DNA of 63,941 bases, filler included, from Barthelona sp. PAP020 (lineage: Eukaryota), in the NCBI GenBank assembly GCA_040182905.1. It is 3 parts of 3 records of this genome, joined end to end, with 100 filler letters (N's around TTAATTAATTAA, not from the genome) between each part and the next. Parts side by side here need not be neighbours in the genome. Positions count along the whole stretch, not along the records: positions 1 to 23,584 come from JARQWU010000165.1; 2 more parts are not named here. One strand, given 5' to 3'. Of this stretch, positions 1 through 10,772 are shown piece after piece (the first letter of the stretch is position 1; every line of letters starts with the position of its first letter). The notes beneath the pieces are model-generated. The model worked only from the letters and a program-made list of their open reading frames with translations. It did not search any database and had not been told where the DNA came from. Both the position numbers and the translations under genes were made by a program.

Positions 1-3
1 TTG

Positions 4-290
4 CGTGGATGGTTCAGAACACTCTTAAAAAAAAAAGAAATACTTTAGGTGTGGATGGGGCGATTATCTAAATAAAAGTTTAATAATCTTTTCCCTTCTT
101 GCCTATAAATTTTGATTGTTCTTCTCTGGGTTTCCTTGATGAAGCCTTGTAATTCCTTGTTAACCTACTATGTACACTTGTATCTTTATTACCCTGAATC
201 ATTTGATTCTTTGTTGTTATTTCTCTTTCAATTTTGATATCCATTAATATCAGAAATTGCAAGAAGAAACCTTAAACACATTTATATTGT
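4..290. repeat. Dispersed ~290-bp repeat, copy A (may extend beyond the window start)
   Basis: Aligns by eye with 47573-47863. Both start CGTGGATGGTTCAGAACACTCT, and 226-290 matches 47799-47863 at 63/65 nt. The middle is more diverged. Confidence 0.9.
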
Positions 291-563
291 TTTTTCTGTG
301 AAAAATATTCGGATCCAAAATCCAAAAATTTTATTTCTTTTTGGTTGATTTTTTGGACAGATTTTTTTTTGATTAATTTTTTTGTGAAATTTTGTTTATG
401 CTGGGAAACAGAAGAGAAGAAAATGCGAAATAATTGTGTGTTTTCTATTTACTAAGTTTACAAACGTTAACTTAGTAAAAACACCGCATAATTGAGTTTA
501 ATAATCCATATTTTTTGACACCTTATGATATATGAAATGTTAATAGAGACATAAAGTGAAGAA

Positions 564-3500
564 ATGTTTAAGAAGTTGGTTAAATTATTTACAAAGAAAT
601 ATATAAACACGATATTTTCTGATTTTGATTATGAAAATTTCTCTTTAAAACTATTAGATGGTGATGTTAAAATAAAATATGCCAAGTTTACAAATGAATT
701 TTTCCAATTGCATTTTCCATTTTTAAAACTCATTGATTCTGAATTGCGTAATATTGAGATTGTTATTCCTTGGAGGAAATTAACAAACTTAGAAACGTCG
801 ATTTACATTGAAAAGGCATTTATTCATTGTGAATTGATAGAAGAGTATTATTTTCCTTTGATAGCAGAAGAAATATTATTAAAACGTAAATTATTAAAGA
901 AACAATTAGAATTAGAAGCATGGGAGATATCTCAAATGTTAAAGAAGAAATATAAGGAAGAAAGGCATAATATTTTGAGTATTTTGGTAAATATTTTGCA
1001 AAAAAGTTTAATAATAAACATTTTGGAAATGCAATTAATTTTCCATTACAAGCCTCAAAGAAGAAGGTTGTTTGATTCTGCTTTTTTTTTGGAGTTAAAG
1101 GTTCATAACTTCATTATTAATCCAGCAGATATGTTGGAAAGTGGATATCAAAAAACTGCTAAAATGGATTATTTGGGTGTAAACGTGGGATTTGATGAAG
1201 ATGAGTCCAACAATACATTGAAAATTGAAGAATTGTTGAACATTGATTTTTCGTTTGTCTTTTCAGTATCATTCACGAATTCTACTGTCTCATTTGAACC
1301 CAATGTCAATGTTAATCAACTATCCATTTATGAAAGGCAAATAGCTGCCATATTCTTTGTGTTGACTCATTTTCGAAATTACTTCAAATTGCTGAAATTT
1401 AGAGATATTCGTCCAGTTGTATCCATCGATGAAGATCCCAAACAATGGTTAAAATATGCGTTTCAAATTGGTTTGAAGAAAACCTCTCAAGAATCATATT
1501 TGACCGCCTTGTATAAATTTTTGGTAAATGTTAAAGATAGATCGGAGTATTCAGGTTTGTATTTACAATTTTTTGACGTTCCATGGAAAACTAAACGAAT
1601 AACAAAGAGTTTATTGAAAAGATTTGATGAATTAGAAGCAAAACATTCAGTAAATGAATTAATTGAGTTTCGAAAATATTCAAGAAGACTCCTAACACAT
1701 CGATACAATCTATTTATAATGAATAATGAAAAACCTTGCATACGTGCTGGTTGTAAAGCAACATATCAGTCAATTAAGAATTTCTTTCAAATGAAAAGGA
1801 AGAAAATTCAAACCAATTTGGTTTTTTGGATGATAGGAGTTGATAACGTTGATCTTTTGAGTATACAACAGAAATTTCAATTCGAAATGCATGGAAATTT
1901 TTCATGTTTAGACTATACTTTTGAGCAATTTAAAGGATTTATTGGTCAAATTGAATGTTTATATGAAAGTAAGCAAATATTGGGGAAAGTTGAAAAGTTT
2001 AATTTTCATAACATTGTAAATATCGAGAAGAGTATAGATTTTGAGGTTTCACTGGTAAATAAGGAGATTGCAGCTGAGTTGAAGGTTGAAGAGATATTAT
2101 TGAACTATAACATTAATGATTTTTTAAAAACTTTGGCAATTTTTCTTAAAAAGGATCGTCTATCACTAATAAAGAAAATTACTGACAATTTGAACCAAAA
2201 AAATGAAAATTTTGAATTGAATTTTGTGAAACCTATTGCAAATTTTAAATGTACAGCAAAAATAAACCAAGTTCAAGTACAATTTCCTCTATCTGTATCA
2301 TCATCAACGAAGTTATCAAATTCAAATACAGACATGGATATCGATCGTTTTGTCTTCATTGTGAAGAATATCAATATGCAAATGAAATATTTTGAGAAGA
2401 AAAAGGTTCAAAAATTGAATGTTGACTTCAATGATTGTGCCATGAATTTCATTCCTCAAATCCAAGTTCAAAAGGATATGAATCTGAAACCAAAAATAGT
2501 TCCTTTTATAGAAAAATTCTTTGGTTTTGCTGAAATAACTTTTCCAAAATCAGTAGCAGACACATTATTTATTCAAGTCAATTTATCAGAACTCAATATT
2601 CGTTTGGATTCTTCAATGATTAAAGACCTCTTGAGATTAGCTCAAATTTTACCTCCAATTGTTTCTATAAATGAACCAATTGATCAATATAATTTGGTAA
2701 AGACTTATCCAGGGATTTGTGAAGCTTATCGACAACATTTATTAACTAATGAGAACATTCATATTCAAGTATATTCTCCTTGTATCCTAGTTTTGTTAAA
2801 TAGAGTAAATTTTCCAAGATTTCATGATATGGGTATCTCAAAAGGAAAATCTTCAACTTCTCAACCTCATACTGGTTCTAGTTCTGGTATATCAGGAGCT
2901 TTACAAGCTTTACAAATGATTAAAACAATGACCAAATTAAAACATGCTGCAATTTCAAAAGCAGATACACTTGAGATCCGAATTTATCATTTGATTCAAG
3001 AGTTAAGTTATGGTGTCAATGCATTGAAGACCGGTGTATATTTTGATTTTCTTGATTTTATTGATGTACGTAAAAAGCCACCAATTCCTTTTGGAAGAAT
3101 TTCAGGACATAACCAATTGATGAAATTCGACAGTTTGATCTATGGTGATGAACTTGAGTTTTATAAAATCAAAATTGATTCTCAATTTATGGAGGATGAG
3201 CAACCTATGTTTGTTTTACCATATAAACCGGGATTAACAATTGAGATGGTTGCGTCTGGAGATGTAAGTATTGCAAAGAAGTCGGATGTAAAACTTGGGT
3301 TTGTAAATTTTAATCTTAGGGGAGATTTGTTAAACGTCATTGGAAGTATTTTATTGAAGTCAATACCAGTTGAATTAATGAAACCATTGGCTATTGCTTT
3401 TCATCTGATTGCTGAATCAATGTCTTCTGATGTTGATTTTATTGAGAATGAAAGCAAATTGATGCTTAAAACAGATAAAGAATCTTGTAAAAATGTAATT

Positions 3501-6500
3501 CATGAAAATCAATTGAAATTAAGTGTTTATTCATTTGGTATTCGTTTGCAACATGAATTTTATGGAATTGAGTTATTTGGGTATGATTTTGCCATGTTAC
3601 AAAAAAGTTGTTTTGATGAAAAAAGTTTACATTTAGAGTTAACTAAATTTGAGGTCAACTACACTGATTTTACTGCATTGAACGAATTTAATTATCTATT
3701 TCCAACAATTGAAGATAAAAGGTATAATTTACTTGGGTTGTCACACTTGAGTTTTGAATTGATGAAAGAAGAGGAGGATACTTCATTTGAAATTGAAATT
3801 GGGAGTGTTGAAATGAATTTTCTGAAGAAATCTGTTTTATTTGTTCTAGCTTTTTTGAACAGATATTCTGTGTATAAATATCCAGCGGTTAATTTACAAT
3901 TTTATGATATGGAGCCAAAATCTAGAAGAATACCCAATTTTTCACCAACGATAATTGATATTGATGTAAAGAATTTTACATTGAATTATATGTTAGTGTA
4001 TAACAATGATTTGCTGAAGAATACATCAAAACTAGCATTAATTACTAATATTCCTAGAGTTTATCTGTACGTTGCAATGAAAGAGTCTTTGTTTGATATA
4101 TCGATCTCTATTCCTAAAATCAATGTTTTTACTAAACCAAAGAATCAGTTCATTGAAATTTTTAAGTTAGTCATCATTTGTAATTTTGATTTAAAAGCTG
4201 ACAAATTCATCGACATCGCAGTACATCCTCGTGATGTTAATATCTTTGTTTCTCCAGAAGTTTTATCTGTTCTCTTATTCTTTTCACTAGCATTAAAAAC
4301 TGAATTACAACAAAAATCTTTAGAGGCAGGTTCAGCTACTCCTATGCATATGGATATGGATTCTTCAATGATTAGAGAAGAATCAGAGCAAACCTTAGGA
4401 TTAGAAAGAAAGATGTTTAGATTGATAACACAGGTGTGTTCAATCAATTTGATGATATTCAATGCAAAGAATAAGCGTATTTGTCAGAGTATTGTTTCGA
4501 ACAGTGAATTCAAAGTATTTTTGAGTCATATTGGGTTACATCAACTGAGTTTTTCAGTTCAATCATTGGTTGTTAAAGGAAATACAGATTCAATTCTTCT
4601 TTTGCAAGCAAAACAACCAAATACAACAGTTAACAATATTCTTCTTCTTAGCTTACAACGGGAATATTTTGTTTTTTTGAAGGAGTTGCATCAGGCCACA
4701 AGAATCAGATGTATTTTGAGAGGGTTTGAATTGCATTCTGAATTCAAGGTTTTAAGTGATGTTTTATCAATGTTACTAGGAGTGACCTCCAATTTTGCTA
4801 AGTATCGTTTTGAACCAGATGAAGTCACGATGGTAAATAGCTATTTGAGATCAAAAATTCCTTTGGGATTCTTATTGAAACCTAACGAAATCGTTCATCT
4901 TACTTTGAAAGTTAAAGATACTCGTATCGTTTTAGGTAAACAGGATTGGTATCAAACATTTGTAATTCAGCCCAACTTAAAAGTTAAATTGAACAGCTCA
5001 TTAGATAGACCTCCTGTGGGCAATATTAAATTCATCATTGATGTTTTCACACCACCAGGAGAATTGACTCATGGTTTTCATGATATACAAGAGTATCAAC
5101 TGTGTTCATCACTGTGTTTTTATGTTTGTAGCTCTTCATCTGTATCTGCATTGGTTTCTGATAATGAAGAAAGTGATGAACAGGATGAAGATGTATTGCA
5201 ATCTTCTGCTTTATTGAAGGTTGAAGACGATGAAGAAAATCTATTGGATAATGATAGTAATTGGACATTGGAAGTTCAAGAACAGATAGATGAGACTTTC
5301 AGTACTTTGTCTGTTGAGTCTTTATTTTCTTTATTAGATAGTGATAATATTGATCTTTCTGATGAATTGCTGGAATTACGAAGAGAATTCTTTGGATTCA
5401 AGCGAGAATTGGAGGAAAAAACTTCAATGGAACCAATCCCCGGGGAACAGTTAGCGTCCACAATACATTTGATCCATAGAGTATTAATTAGCCTGTCAAA
5501 CTGTGAATTTGTTTTGTCATTGTCAGATTTTGTCATTTTGCTTAGAATTTTCGAGCAATTTCGCAGTCAATTTTCAATTGACATTGAACCCACACAGAAA
5601 AAGATGCTAAAAAAGTTTGCAAGTGATTTTAAGGTTTGTTCAAGCGTTTGCTCCAAGTTACATATCAGCTCTTTCAAAAATTTGAAGCATGTCAACACTG
5701 CAGCCAGCGTTTTAGCTCAATTTTATCCTTTTTCTCTTCTATGTTTCATGTCCACCATCAAATCTATGTATAAAGAAGTATTGTTCAAAGCTGAAAAGAT
5801 CAGAATTCTTTTTGCTTTAGAAAGTGATAATTACCATGTTGAAAAAGCTCTTAGAATTGATTTCAATGAAATAGAAGCATCATTTAGCAGTTCAAAGGGA
5901 CATTTGTTGTCCACTCTGTACTTCATTTTTAATATTGATTGTATGAACAAAACTCAATTTGTCTTTGAACCTTTCATTGAAGATCTGCCAGTTGACATGA
6001 TTTTTGGCCGAAAGAAATTGATGGGGCCTGATCTTCTAAATATATTTGAACAAACACGTAGAGCTCTACATTCAAAAGATGACCAGACCTTATCAGTTGG
6101 AAATTTTATTCGTTCTTCTGTGTACTCACAGGGTAATATTGGAAGCCAGGAACAACAAGCGATCCTTGATTTAAAAAAGAAATTTGACCAAAGGGTCTTT
6201 TTATTCTTTAGGCAACCTTTACAATTGAATATCAGTCCATCTATTGTGACTGTTTTTGCAAACTTATCATCCTTTAAGTCATTTGACCATCAGAAGTTAT
6301 GGTGTATCAAACAAAAGGTTGTCACGCATAATAAGTTGAATATCGATCTCCAAATCATATTATATTCAAATGAGGATATAATCGCTGATTTTTCTCTCGC
6401 ATCTTTTGAAAGTCAAGAAACGGTATTTACCATTCCAGGTAATAGATTGAGTTTGGTGTGTGAAAACACTCCAATTACTCACATATCAATCAGTCATAAC

Positions 6501-9500
6501 ATTGAGAAATGGGGCTCTTTTGAACGGTTGAAGTTTAAGGGTATCGGAGAATACTTTTTCAAGTTTGATTATCTTCCAAAGCATCCTATTGTTGAGAAAG
6601 CAGATTATCTGAACAGATTTCAATATCAGGCAAGTAGGTCTAGTTCTGGAGTCAATTTTGTGATATCAGTCACAGATTCAACGGAAGGCATTGTGTTAGA
6701 CATGCATTCAACGTACTGTTTAGCCAATAATTTAACTTTCCCTTTGAATATTGAGCTGGTATCTAGTTCCAAATGCGAGTTTCTTCAAAAGTATCCATAT
6801 TTATTGAATCCAGGTGAAAAGTGGTGGCTACCATTTATTTCACCTGCAGGAGGGATTAATGTCCATGTTGTTCCCCTTCTTTCTAAATTGGATGATGACT
6901 TATCAAATGTTCAGATGGCCAGGCCCACAACCTTCAGGATTCTTTTAGATAATGATAGAATCCAGACCGATACTTTTATTCAGACGGCTTTGATGAGGGA
7001 TAAATATCAACAAAATTGTATTGGTCCTTGCAAGGATATGTTATCTTTTGTTTGCAGGGAGAAAGTCGAGATTTTCTACAGTGGTGTAATTAGAACAGCT
7101 TCCTTACAACCACTAATCACCCTACAACTAAGACTACCCTTTAAATCAAAGATTGGTTGTTATCACAACATTCATTCATTCAAAGCATGTGAAGATTGTG
7201 TTGAAATCGATTCTGGGAACCAAAACATTGCCATATATTCATTTGACCATAATTTTGATTTATTCTTGTTTTTGGAGATCCCTGAACTTAAATTAAAGAG
7301 TGCTTGTAGAACAAGAATTTGGAAGAGCAAAAAAATACATCCAATTACAACCTCATTACCTTTGTTGTTGATTGAAGAAGAAGAACATAACAGAAGTAAT
7401 CTTGTTGGATTGAACATGATCGTAAGTGATTCGAAGAGAGTTTCTGAGAGTCATCGTACCTATTTAAGAGCATGCAATTTCGAAGTGACTCATTTTGAAT
7501 GGTTCCTTTACAAAATAAAAATATTTGCCGATTATTTAGTTGAAAACAACAGTGATATACCATTTATTTTAGGACATCCTATGGGAGGTAGAATCAATGA
7601 ACAGGTTAAAGCAGATAATGTTATTGATTTATATAAGCCATTTGATTTTGACCGTGATTATGAAACTGAAAGAGCTTTTCATTTTAAACATGTTAAATCT
7701 GTCAATTTAAACAGATTATCTTGTGGATACGTCTATCCTAATCAAAGCAAATTATACAGTATTTTTAATCCCAACAAGATTGGTTGTCTAAAATTGTTGA
7801 ATGGTGTTCAATACAGTGATATTTTTAATTGTGATTTATTGGGTGGTACATCTGCAATTTTATTAGAAAATGAAGATACTTTCAGGAGCTTGAGTCTTAA
7901 TGTTATGAAATCTATTTCATTGAGTAAAAAGCTCTATTTTACTCATTTATTCCTGTTTGTTAACAACACATCAAATGATTTACAAGTATTTGATAAACAA
8001 TTAAACCATTTGACAACAGTTTTAAGCAAAGAGAAAGCTCATTTAGACATTCCTCTCATTGATAATCAATTGATTTTGGGACTGTCTTCAAAATATAAAT
8101 ATTGTCCTGCTTTTTCCCCACAGATTCCTCAAGAATATATTTTGCCATTTCAACTGTCAAGTAAAGGTTGGAATATTGAAGAATTACCGAGATATAAGTA
8201 TGTTCTGATCAATATTAATGTATTTGATGGAATCTACAACATTTATGCAAAAGATTTGCAAATCCCTTTAATTATGATTAAGAACTACACAAAAAAGCCT
8301 GTTTGGATTAAACAGACTAGCAAAAAAGATCCAAAATCTAAGGCTACTGATGTAGAATTCAAAAATTGCATTAGGATTCAACCTGACACTGTTTGTGAGT
8401 TTGGACTGGAAAAAATTGTTAAAAAACCCATATTATCTGTTGATTTTGATTTCAACAAACCTTTTCATATAGATCTTTCGTTAATAAACAATAACTTCAT
8501 TATTCAACTCAACGATAATATTACTGTTGATGTTTTGGTTGAAATGGATGGTCCTACCACAGTGATTTCATTTTCAGATGCACAGGATACTGTTGCCAAG
8601 GGAATTGGTACCAGTGTTGATGTTGAAAATGTCAATGAGACCAATAGTCGTTCAAACCTTCTTAACATCAAGCAATCCTCAAAATCTCAAAATAACAATA
8701 TTGTTGAAGCTAATCTTGTTGGAATATATATACCTGGTGTGTTAATCAATATTTTTGACAGTATACCCTCAGAACAGTTTATTTTAGCATTTTTAGACAC
8801 TTCATTATTAATGTTCGAACATGAAGGTTTACGTACAATTGAATTTGAATGTCATCGTATTCAATTTGATGATTTGAGTGTATTAACTGTATTCCCTTCA
8901 ATATTTGCACCATATTATCCTTTGGAAGAGAATTCTTTTGATTGTTTTTCTATCAAAGACAATTTGGAAAGGCTATATTCCAAATTTTCGATAATTTCAA
9001 TTGATCCTGAGGAATCTGCTCAACAAATAATTTGTAAACGTGATAAAAATGCTGTATTTATGTTCATTGAACAATATTGTCAGACAAATGAATTTAAGAC
9101 CGTTTATTTGCATTCAACAGATCATGTTGTTAATTTAACAGATTCTATGATTTTCAGATTGATTGACATTGTCAAAAGTATGAATTTTTATCAACTTTTG
9201 AAAAATTTCAAACATTTTAGAGCAGAAAAATTCACAAAGAATCAAAATAGACCTATTGATGAGACTGAAGTTCTTAAATTGGTAAATCCTCAGTATTTCT
9301 TCAATGAATTAGTAATTCATGGTACAAAAGTATATTTGTCGTTTGAAAGTGAAGCTTCTTCAACTTGTTTGGCAGATATTGCCTATAAATGTAACAATCC
9401 TGTTATGGCAAGGCTTATTGAACCCAGTGAAGTTCGAAAAAGCATTTTAGGAAAATTGGGATTTCTTACAGGGATTACAGAGGCTGCTATTGTCATAAAG

Positions 9501-10568
9501 ACATTCAAATTACAGAATCAGTCAGCAGAAGCAGGGTTTTATGTGAATTTGTTGAAAGAATTTTACGTGGAAAATTTGACTTCTCAAATATGGTCTATTA
9601 TTGGATCTGTTGAAATTTTAGGAAATCCTAGGTCTTTATTTGGTGAAAAAGAAATAGATTTGAAATACTATTCAAATGATTTGAGAGGGGAAAAGTTTGA
9701 TAACATTTTAAAGACGAAATGTTCCAATGTGAAGACTGAAATGACAGTAAATGCTGCTATTGGAAGAAAATTGTTTGGATTTTTTGCAATTCCTATTGGA
9801 TCGATTTCAAACGCTTTGGGAAAAGGAATCGCTGGTATTTCTATGGATTCAAGTTATATAGACAAAGAAAAAGCTTCCAGAAGAGAGAAACTGATTACTC
9901 AAAAGCAAACAAACATCGCAACGAAGAACTCTTTCATTTATGGATTTAAGAAAGGTTTTACCGGAGTATATACAATTCCAAAGAAGGAAGTTCATAATGA
10001 AGGAATGCAGAGATTATTGCCTGGTATTGGAAAAGGACTTGTTGGTTTAGTTACAAAACCTGTGGCAGGAACAAGTTTAGCGGTTAGTAAATTTTTGAAA
10101 GGTTCCTATAATTCATTCTTAATGAGCAAATCTTTATTGCATGTGAGACATCCTCGTGTGATAAGCAATTGTCAAATTCAAAAAGTCAATCTTGAACGAG
10201 AGAGATATCAATTTTTGTTACGTATGAGTGATATTTCGTTACTCTTTGACATCTTGATAACATTCTGCAACTTTGATGATGAAGGCCATTGTTGGTGGGC
10301 CTTAACTGACAGGCATTTACTATTTGGTGAATGGATATCTGATGATGAAATAAAAATTGTTTGGATGATTGATTTTGACAATATTTTGTTTATTGAAAAG
10401 ATTGATACATTGACTATACGTTTTGAATGTATTCATCCAAAAAATACCCATAAACTATTGAAGTTGACCACTGAAACCCAAAGAGATTATACTTTTGGTC
10501 AATTTGAATCAACAATTCATGAGAGAATTCATGTCCCCTTGGGAATTCATATCAAGAAACACTCATAA
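564..10568 (+). CDS. VPS13: VPS13 family bridge-like lipid transfer protein (3334 aa)
   Basis: Chorein-N-like start (MFKKLVKLFTKKYINTIFSDFDYENFSLKLLDGDVKIK), VAB-like repeats (YCLANNLTFPL, YLVENNSDIP, FLFVNNTSNDL, IMIKNYTKKP), C-terminal IIGSVEILGNPRSLF and GIGKGLVGLVTKPVAG motifs, then a PH-like tail. The size fits the family. Confidence 0.95.
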   Translation: MFKKLVKLFTKKYINTIFSDFDYENFSLKLLDGDVKIKYAKFTNEFFQLHFPFLKLIDSELRNIEIVIPWRKLTNLETSIYIEKAFIHCELIEEYYFPLIAEEILLKRKLLKKQLELEAWEISQMLKKKYKEERHNILSILVNILQKSLIINILEMQLIFHYKPQRRRLFDSAFFLELKVHNFIINPADMLESGYQKTAKMDYLGVNVGFDEDESNNTLKIEELLNIDFSFVFSVSFTNSTVSFEPNVNVNQLSIYERQIAAIFFVLTHFRNYFKLLKFRDIRPVVSIDEDPKQWLKYAFQIGLKKTSQESYLTALYKFLVNVKDRSEYSGLYLQFFDVPWKTKRITKSLLKRFDELEAKHSVNELIEFRKYSRRLLTHRYNLFIMNNEKPCIRAGCKATYQSIKNFFQMKRKKIQTNLVFWMIGVDNVDLLSIQQKFQFEMHGNFSCLDYTFEQFKGFIGQIECLYESKQILGKVEKFNFHNIVNIEKSIDFEVSLVNKEIAAELKVEEILLNYNINDFLKTLAIFLKKDRLSLIKKITDNLNQKNENFELNFVKPIANFKCTAKINQVQVQFPLSVSSSTKLSNSNTDMDIDRFVFIVKNINMQMKYFEKKKVQKLNVDFNDCAMNFIPQIQVQKDMNLKPKIVPFIEKFFGFAEITFPKSVADTLFIQVNLSELNIRLDSSMIKDLLRLAQILPPIVSINEPIDQYNLVKTYPGICEAYRQHLLTNENIHIQVYSPCILVLLNRVNFPRFHDMGISKGKSSTSQPHTGSSSGISGALQALQMIKTMTKLKHAAISKADTLEIRIYHLIQELSYGVNALKTGVYFDFLDFIDVRKKPPIPFGRISGHNQLMKFDSLIYGDELEFYKIKIDSQFMEDEQPMFVLPYKPGLTIEMVASGDVSIAKKSDVKLGFVNFNLRGDLLNVIGSILLKSIPVELMKPLAIAFHLIAESMSSDVDFIENESKLMLKTDKESCKNVIHENQLKLSVYSFGIRLQHEFYGIELFGYDFAMLQKSCFDEKSLHLELTKFEVNYTDFTALNEFNYLFPTIEDKRYNLLGLSHLSFELMKEEEDTSFEIEIGSVEMNFLKKSVLFVLAFLNRYSVYKYPAVNLQFYDMEPKSRRIPNFSPTIIDIDVKNFTLNYMLVYNNDLLKNTSKLALITNIPRVYLYVAMKESLFDISISIPKINVFTKPKNQFIEIFKLVIICNFDLKADKFIDIAVHPRDVNIFVSPEVLSVLLFFSLALKTELQQKSLEAGSATPMHMDMDSSMIREESEQTLGLERKMFRLITQVCSINLMIFNAKNKRICQSIVSNSEFKVFLSHIGLHQLSFSVQSLVVKGNTDSILLLQAKQPNTTVNNILLLSLQREYFVFLKELHQATRIRCILRGFELHSEFKVLSDVLSMLLGVTSNFAKYRFEPDEVTMVNSYLRSKIPLGFLLKPNEIVHLTLKVKDTRIVLGKQDWYQTFVIQPNLKVKLNSSLDRPPVGNIKFIIDVFTPPGELTHGFHDIQEYQLCSSLCFYVCSSSSVSALVSDNEESDEQDEDVLQSSALLKVEDDEENLLDNDSNWTLEVQEQIDETFSTLSVESLFSLLDSDNIDLSDELLELRREFFGFKRELEEKTSMEPIPGEQLASTIHLIHRVLISLSNCEFVLSLSDFVILLRIFEQFRSQFSIDIEPTQKKMLKKFASDFKVCSSVCSKLHISSFKNLKHVNTAASVLAQFYPFSLLCFMSTIKSMYKEVLFKAEKIRILFALESDNYHVEKALRIDFNEIEASFSSSKGHLLSTLYFIFNIDCMNKTQFVFEPFIEDLPVDMIFGRKKLMGPDLLNIFEQTRRALHSKDDQTLSVGNFIRSSVYSQGNIGSQEQQAILDLKKKFDQRVFLFFRQPLQLNISPSIVTVFANLSSFKSFDHQKLWCIKQKVVTHNKLNIDLQIILYSNEDIIADFSLASFESQETVFTIPGNRLSLVCENTPITHISISHNIEKWGSFERLKFKGIGEYFFKFDYLPKHPIVEKADYLNRFQYQASRSSSGVNFVISVTDSTEGIVLDMHSTYCLANNLTFPLNIELVSSSKCEFLQKYPYLLNPGEKWWLPFISPAGGINVHVVPLLSKLDDDLSNVQMARPTTFRILLDNDRIQTDTFIQTALMRDKYQQNCIGPCKDMLSFVCREKVEIFYSGVIRTASLQPLITLQLRLPFKSKIGCYHNIHSFKACEDCVEIDSGNQNIAIYSFDHNFDLFLFLEIPELKLKSACRTRIWKSKKIHPITTSLPLLLIEEEEHNRSNLVGLNMIVSDSKRVSESHRTYLRACNFEVTHFEWFLYKIKIFADYLVENNSDIPFILGHPMGGRINEQVKADNVIDLYKPFDFDRDYETERAFHFKHVKSVNLNRLSCGYVYPNQSKLYSIFNPNKIGCLKLLNGVQYSDIFNCDLLGGTSAILLENEDTFRSLSLNVMKSISLSKKLYFTHLFLFVNNTSNDLQVFDKQLNHLTTVLSKEKAHLDIPLIDNQLILGLSSKYKYCPAFSPQIPQEYILPFQLSSKGWNIEELPRYKYVLININVFDGIYNIYAKDLQIPLIMIKNYTKKPVWIKQTSKKDPKSKATDVEFKNCIRIQPDTVCEFGLEKIVKKPILSVDFDFNKPFHIDLSLINNNFIIQLNDNITVDVLVEMDGPTTVISFSDAQDTVAKGIGTSVDVENVNETNSRSNLLNIKQSSKSQNNNIVEANLVGIYIPGVLINIFDSIPSEQFILAFLDTSLLMFEHEGLRTIEFECHRIQFDDLSVLTVFPSIFAPYYPLEENSFDCFSIKDNLERLYSKFSIISIDPEESAQQIICKRDKNAVFMFIEQYCQTNEFKTVYLHSTDHVVNLTDSMIFRLIDIVKSMNFYQLLKNFKHFRAEKFTKNQNRPIDETEVLKLVNPQYFFNELVIHGTKVYLSFESEASSTCLADIAYKCNNPVMARLIEPSEVRKSILGKLGFLTGITEAAIVIKTFKLQNQSAEAGFYVNLLKEFYVENLTSQIWSIIGSVEILGNPRSLFGEKEIDLKYYSNDLRGEKFDNILKTKCSNVKTEMTVNAAIGRKLFGFFAIPIGSISNALGKGIAGISMDSSYIDKEKASRREKLITQKQTNIATKNSFIYGFKKGFTGVYTIPKKEVHNEGMQRLLPGIGKGLVGLVTKPVAGTSLAVSKFLKGSYNSFLMSKSLLHVRHPRVISNCQIQKVNLERERYQFLLRMSDISLLFDILITFCNFDDEGHCWWALTDRHLLFGEWISDDEIKIVWMIDFDNILFIEKIDTLTIRFECIHPKNTHKLLKLTTETQRDYTFGQFESTIHERIHVPLGIHIKKHS

Positions 10569-10772
10569 CACTGAAACACTGAAACATTGAAAATATCAAC
10601 ATTAAGACAGGGGAAATCAGTGATCAACCTGTTGAATTTGAATTTGTAAATTTCAAATTTTTTTCTATTTTTTTGTTGTCTCCGCCTATTATTATCTCAT
10701 CTGTGACCCTCCTTTCAAAAACAAAATATTATATATAGCTTTACAGTTCAATAACATGTGTAAATTGCCAGA

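Noticed and set aside
10600..10660. U1 snRNA-like CAGGGGAAATCAGTGATCA
   Set aside because: It lacks the 5' ACTTACCTG and the U1 stem-loop arrangement; a chance resemblance.
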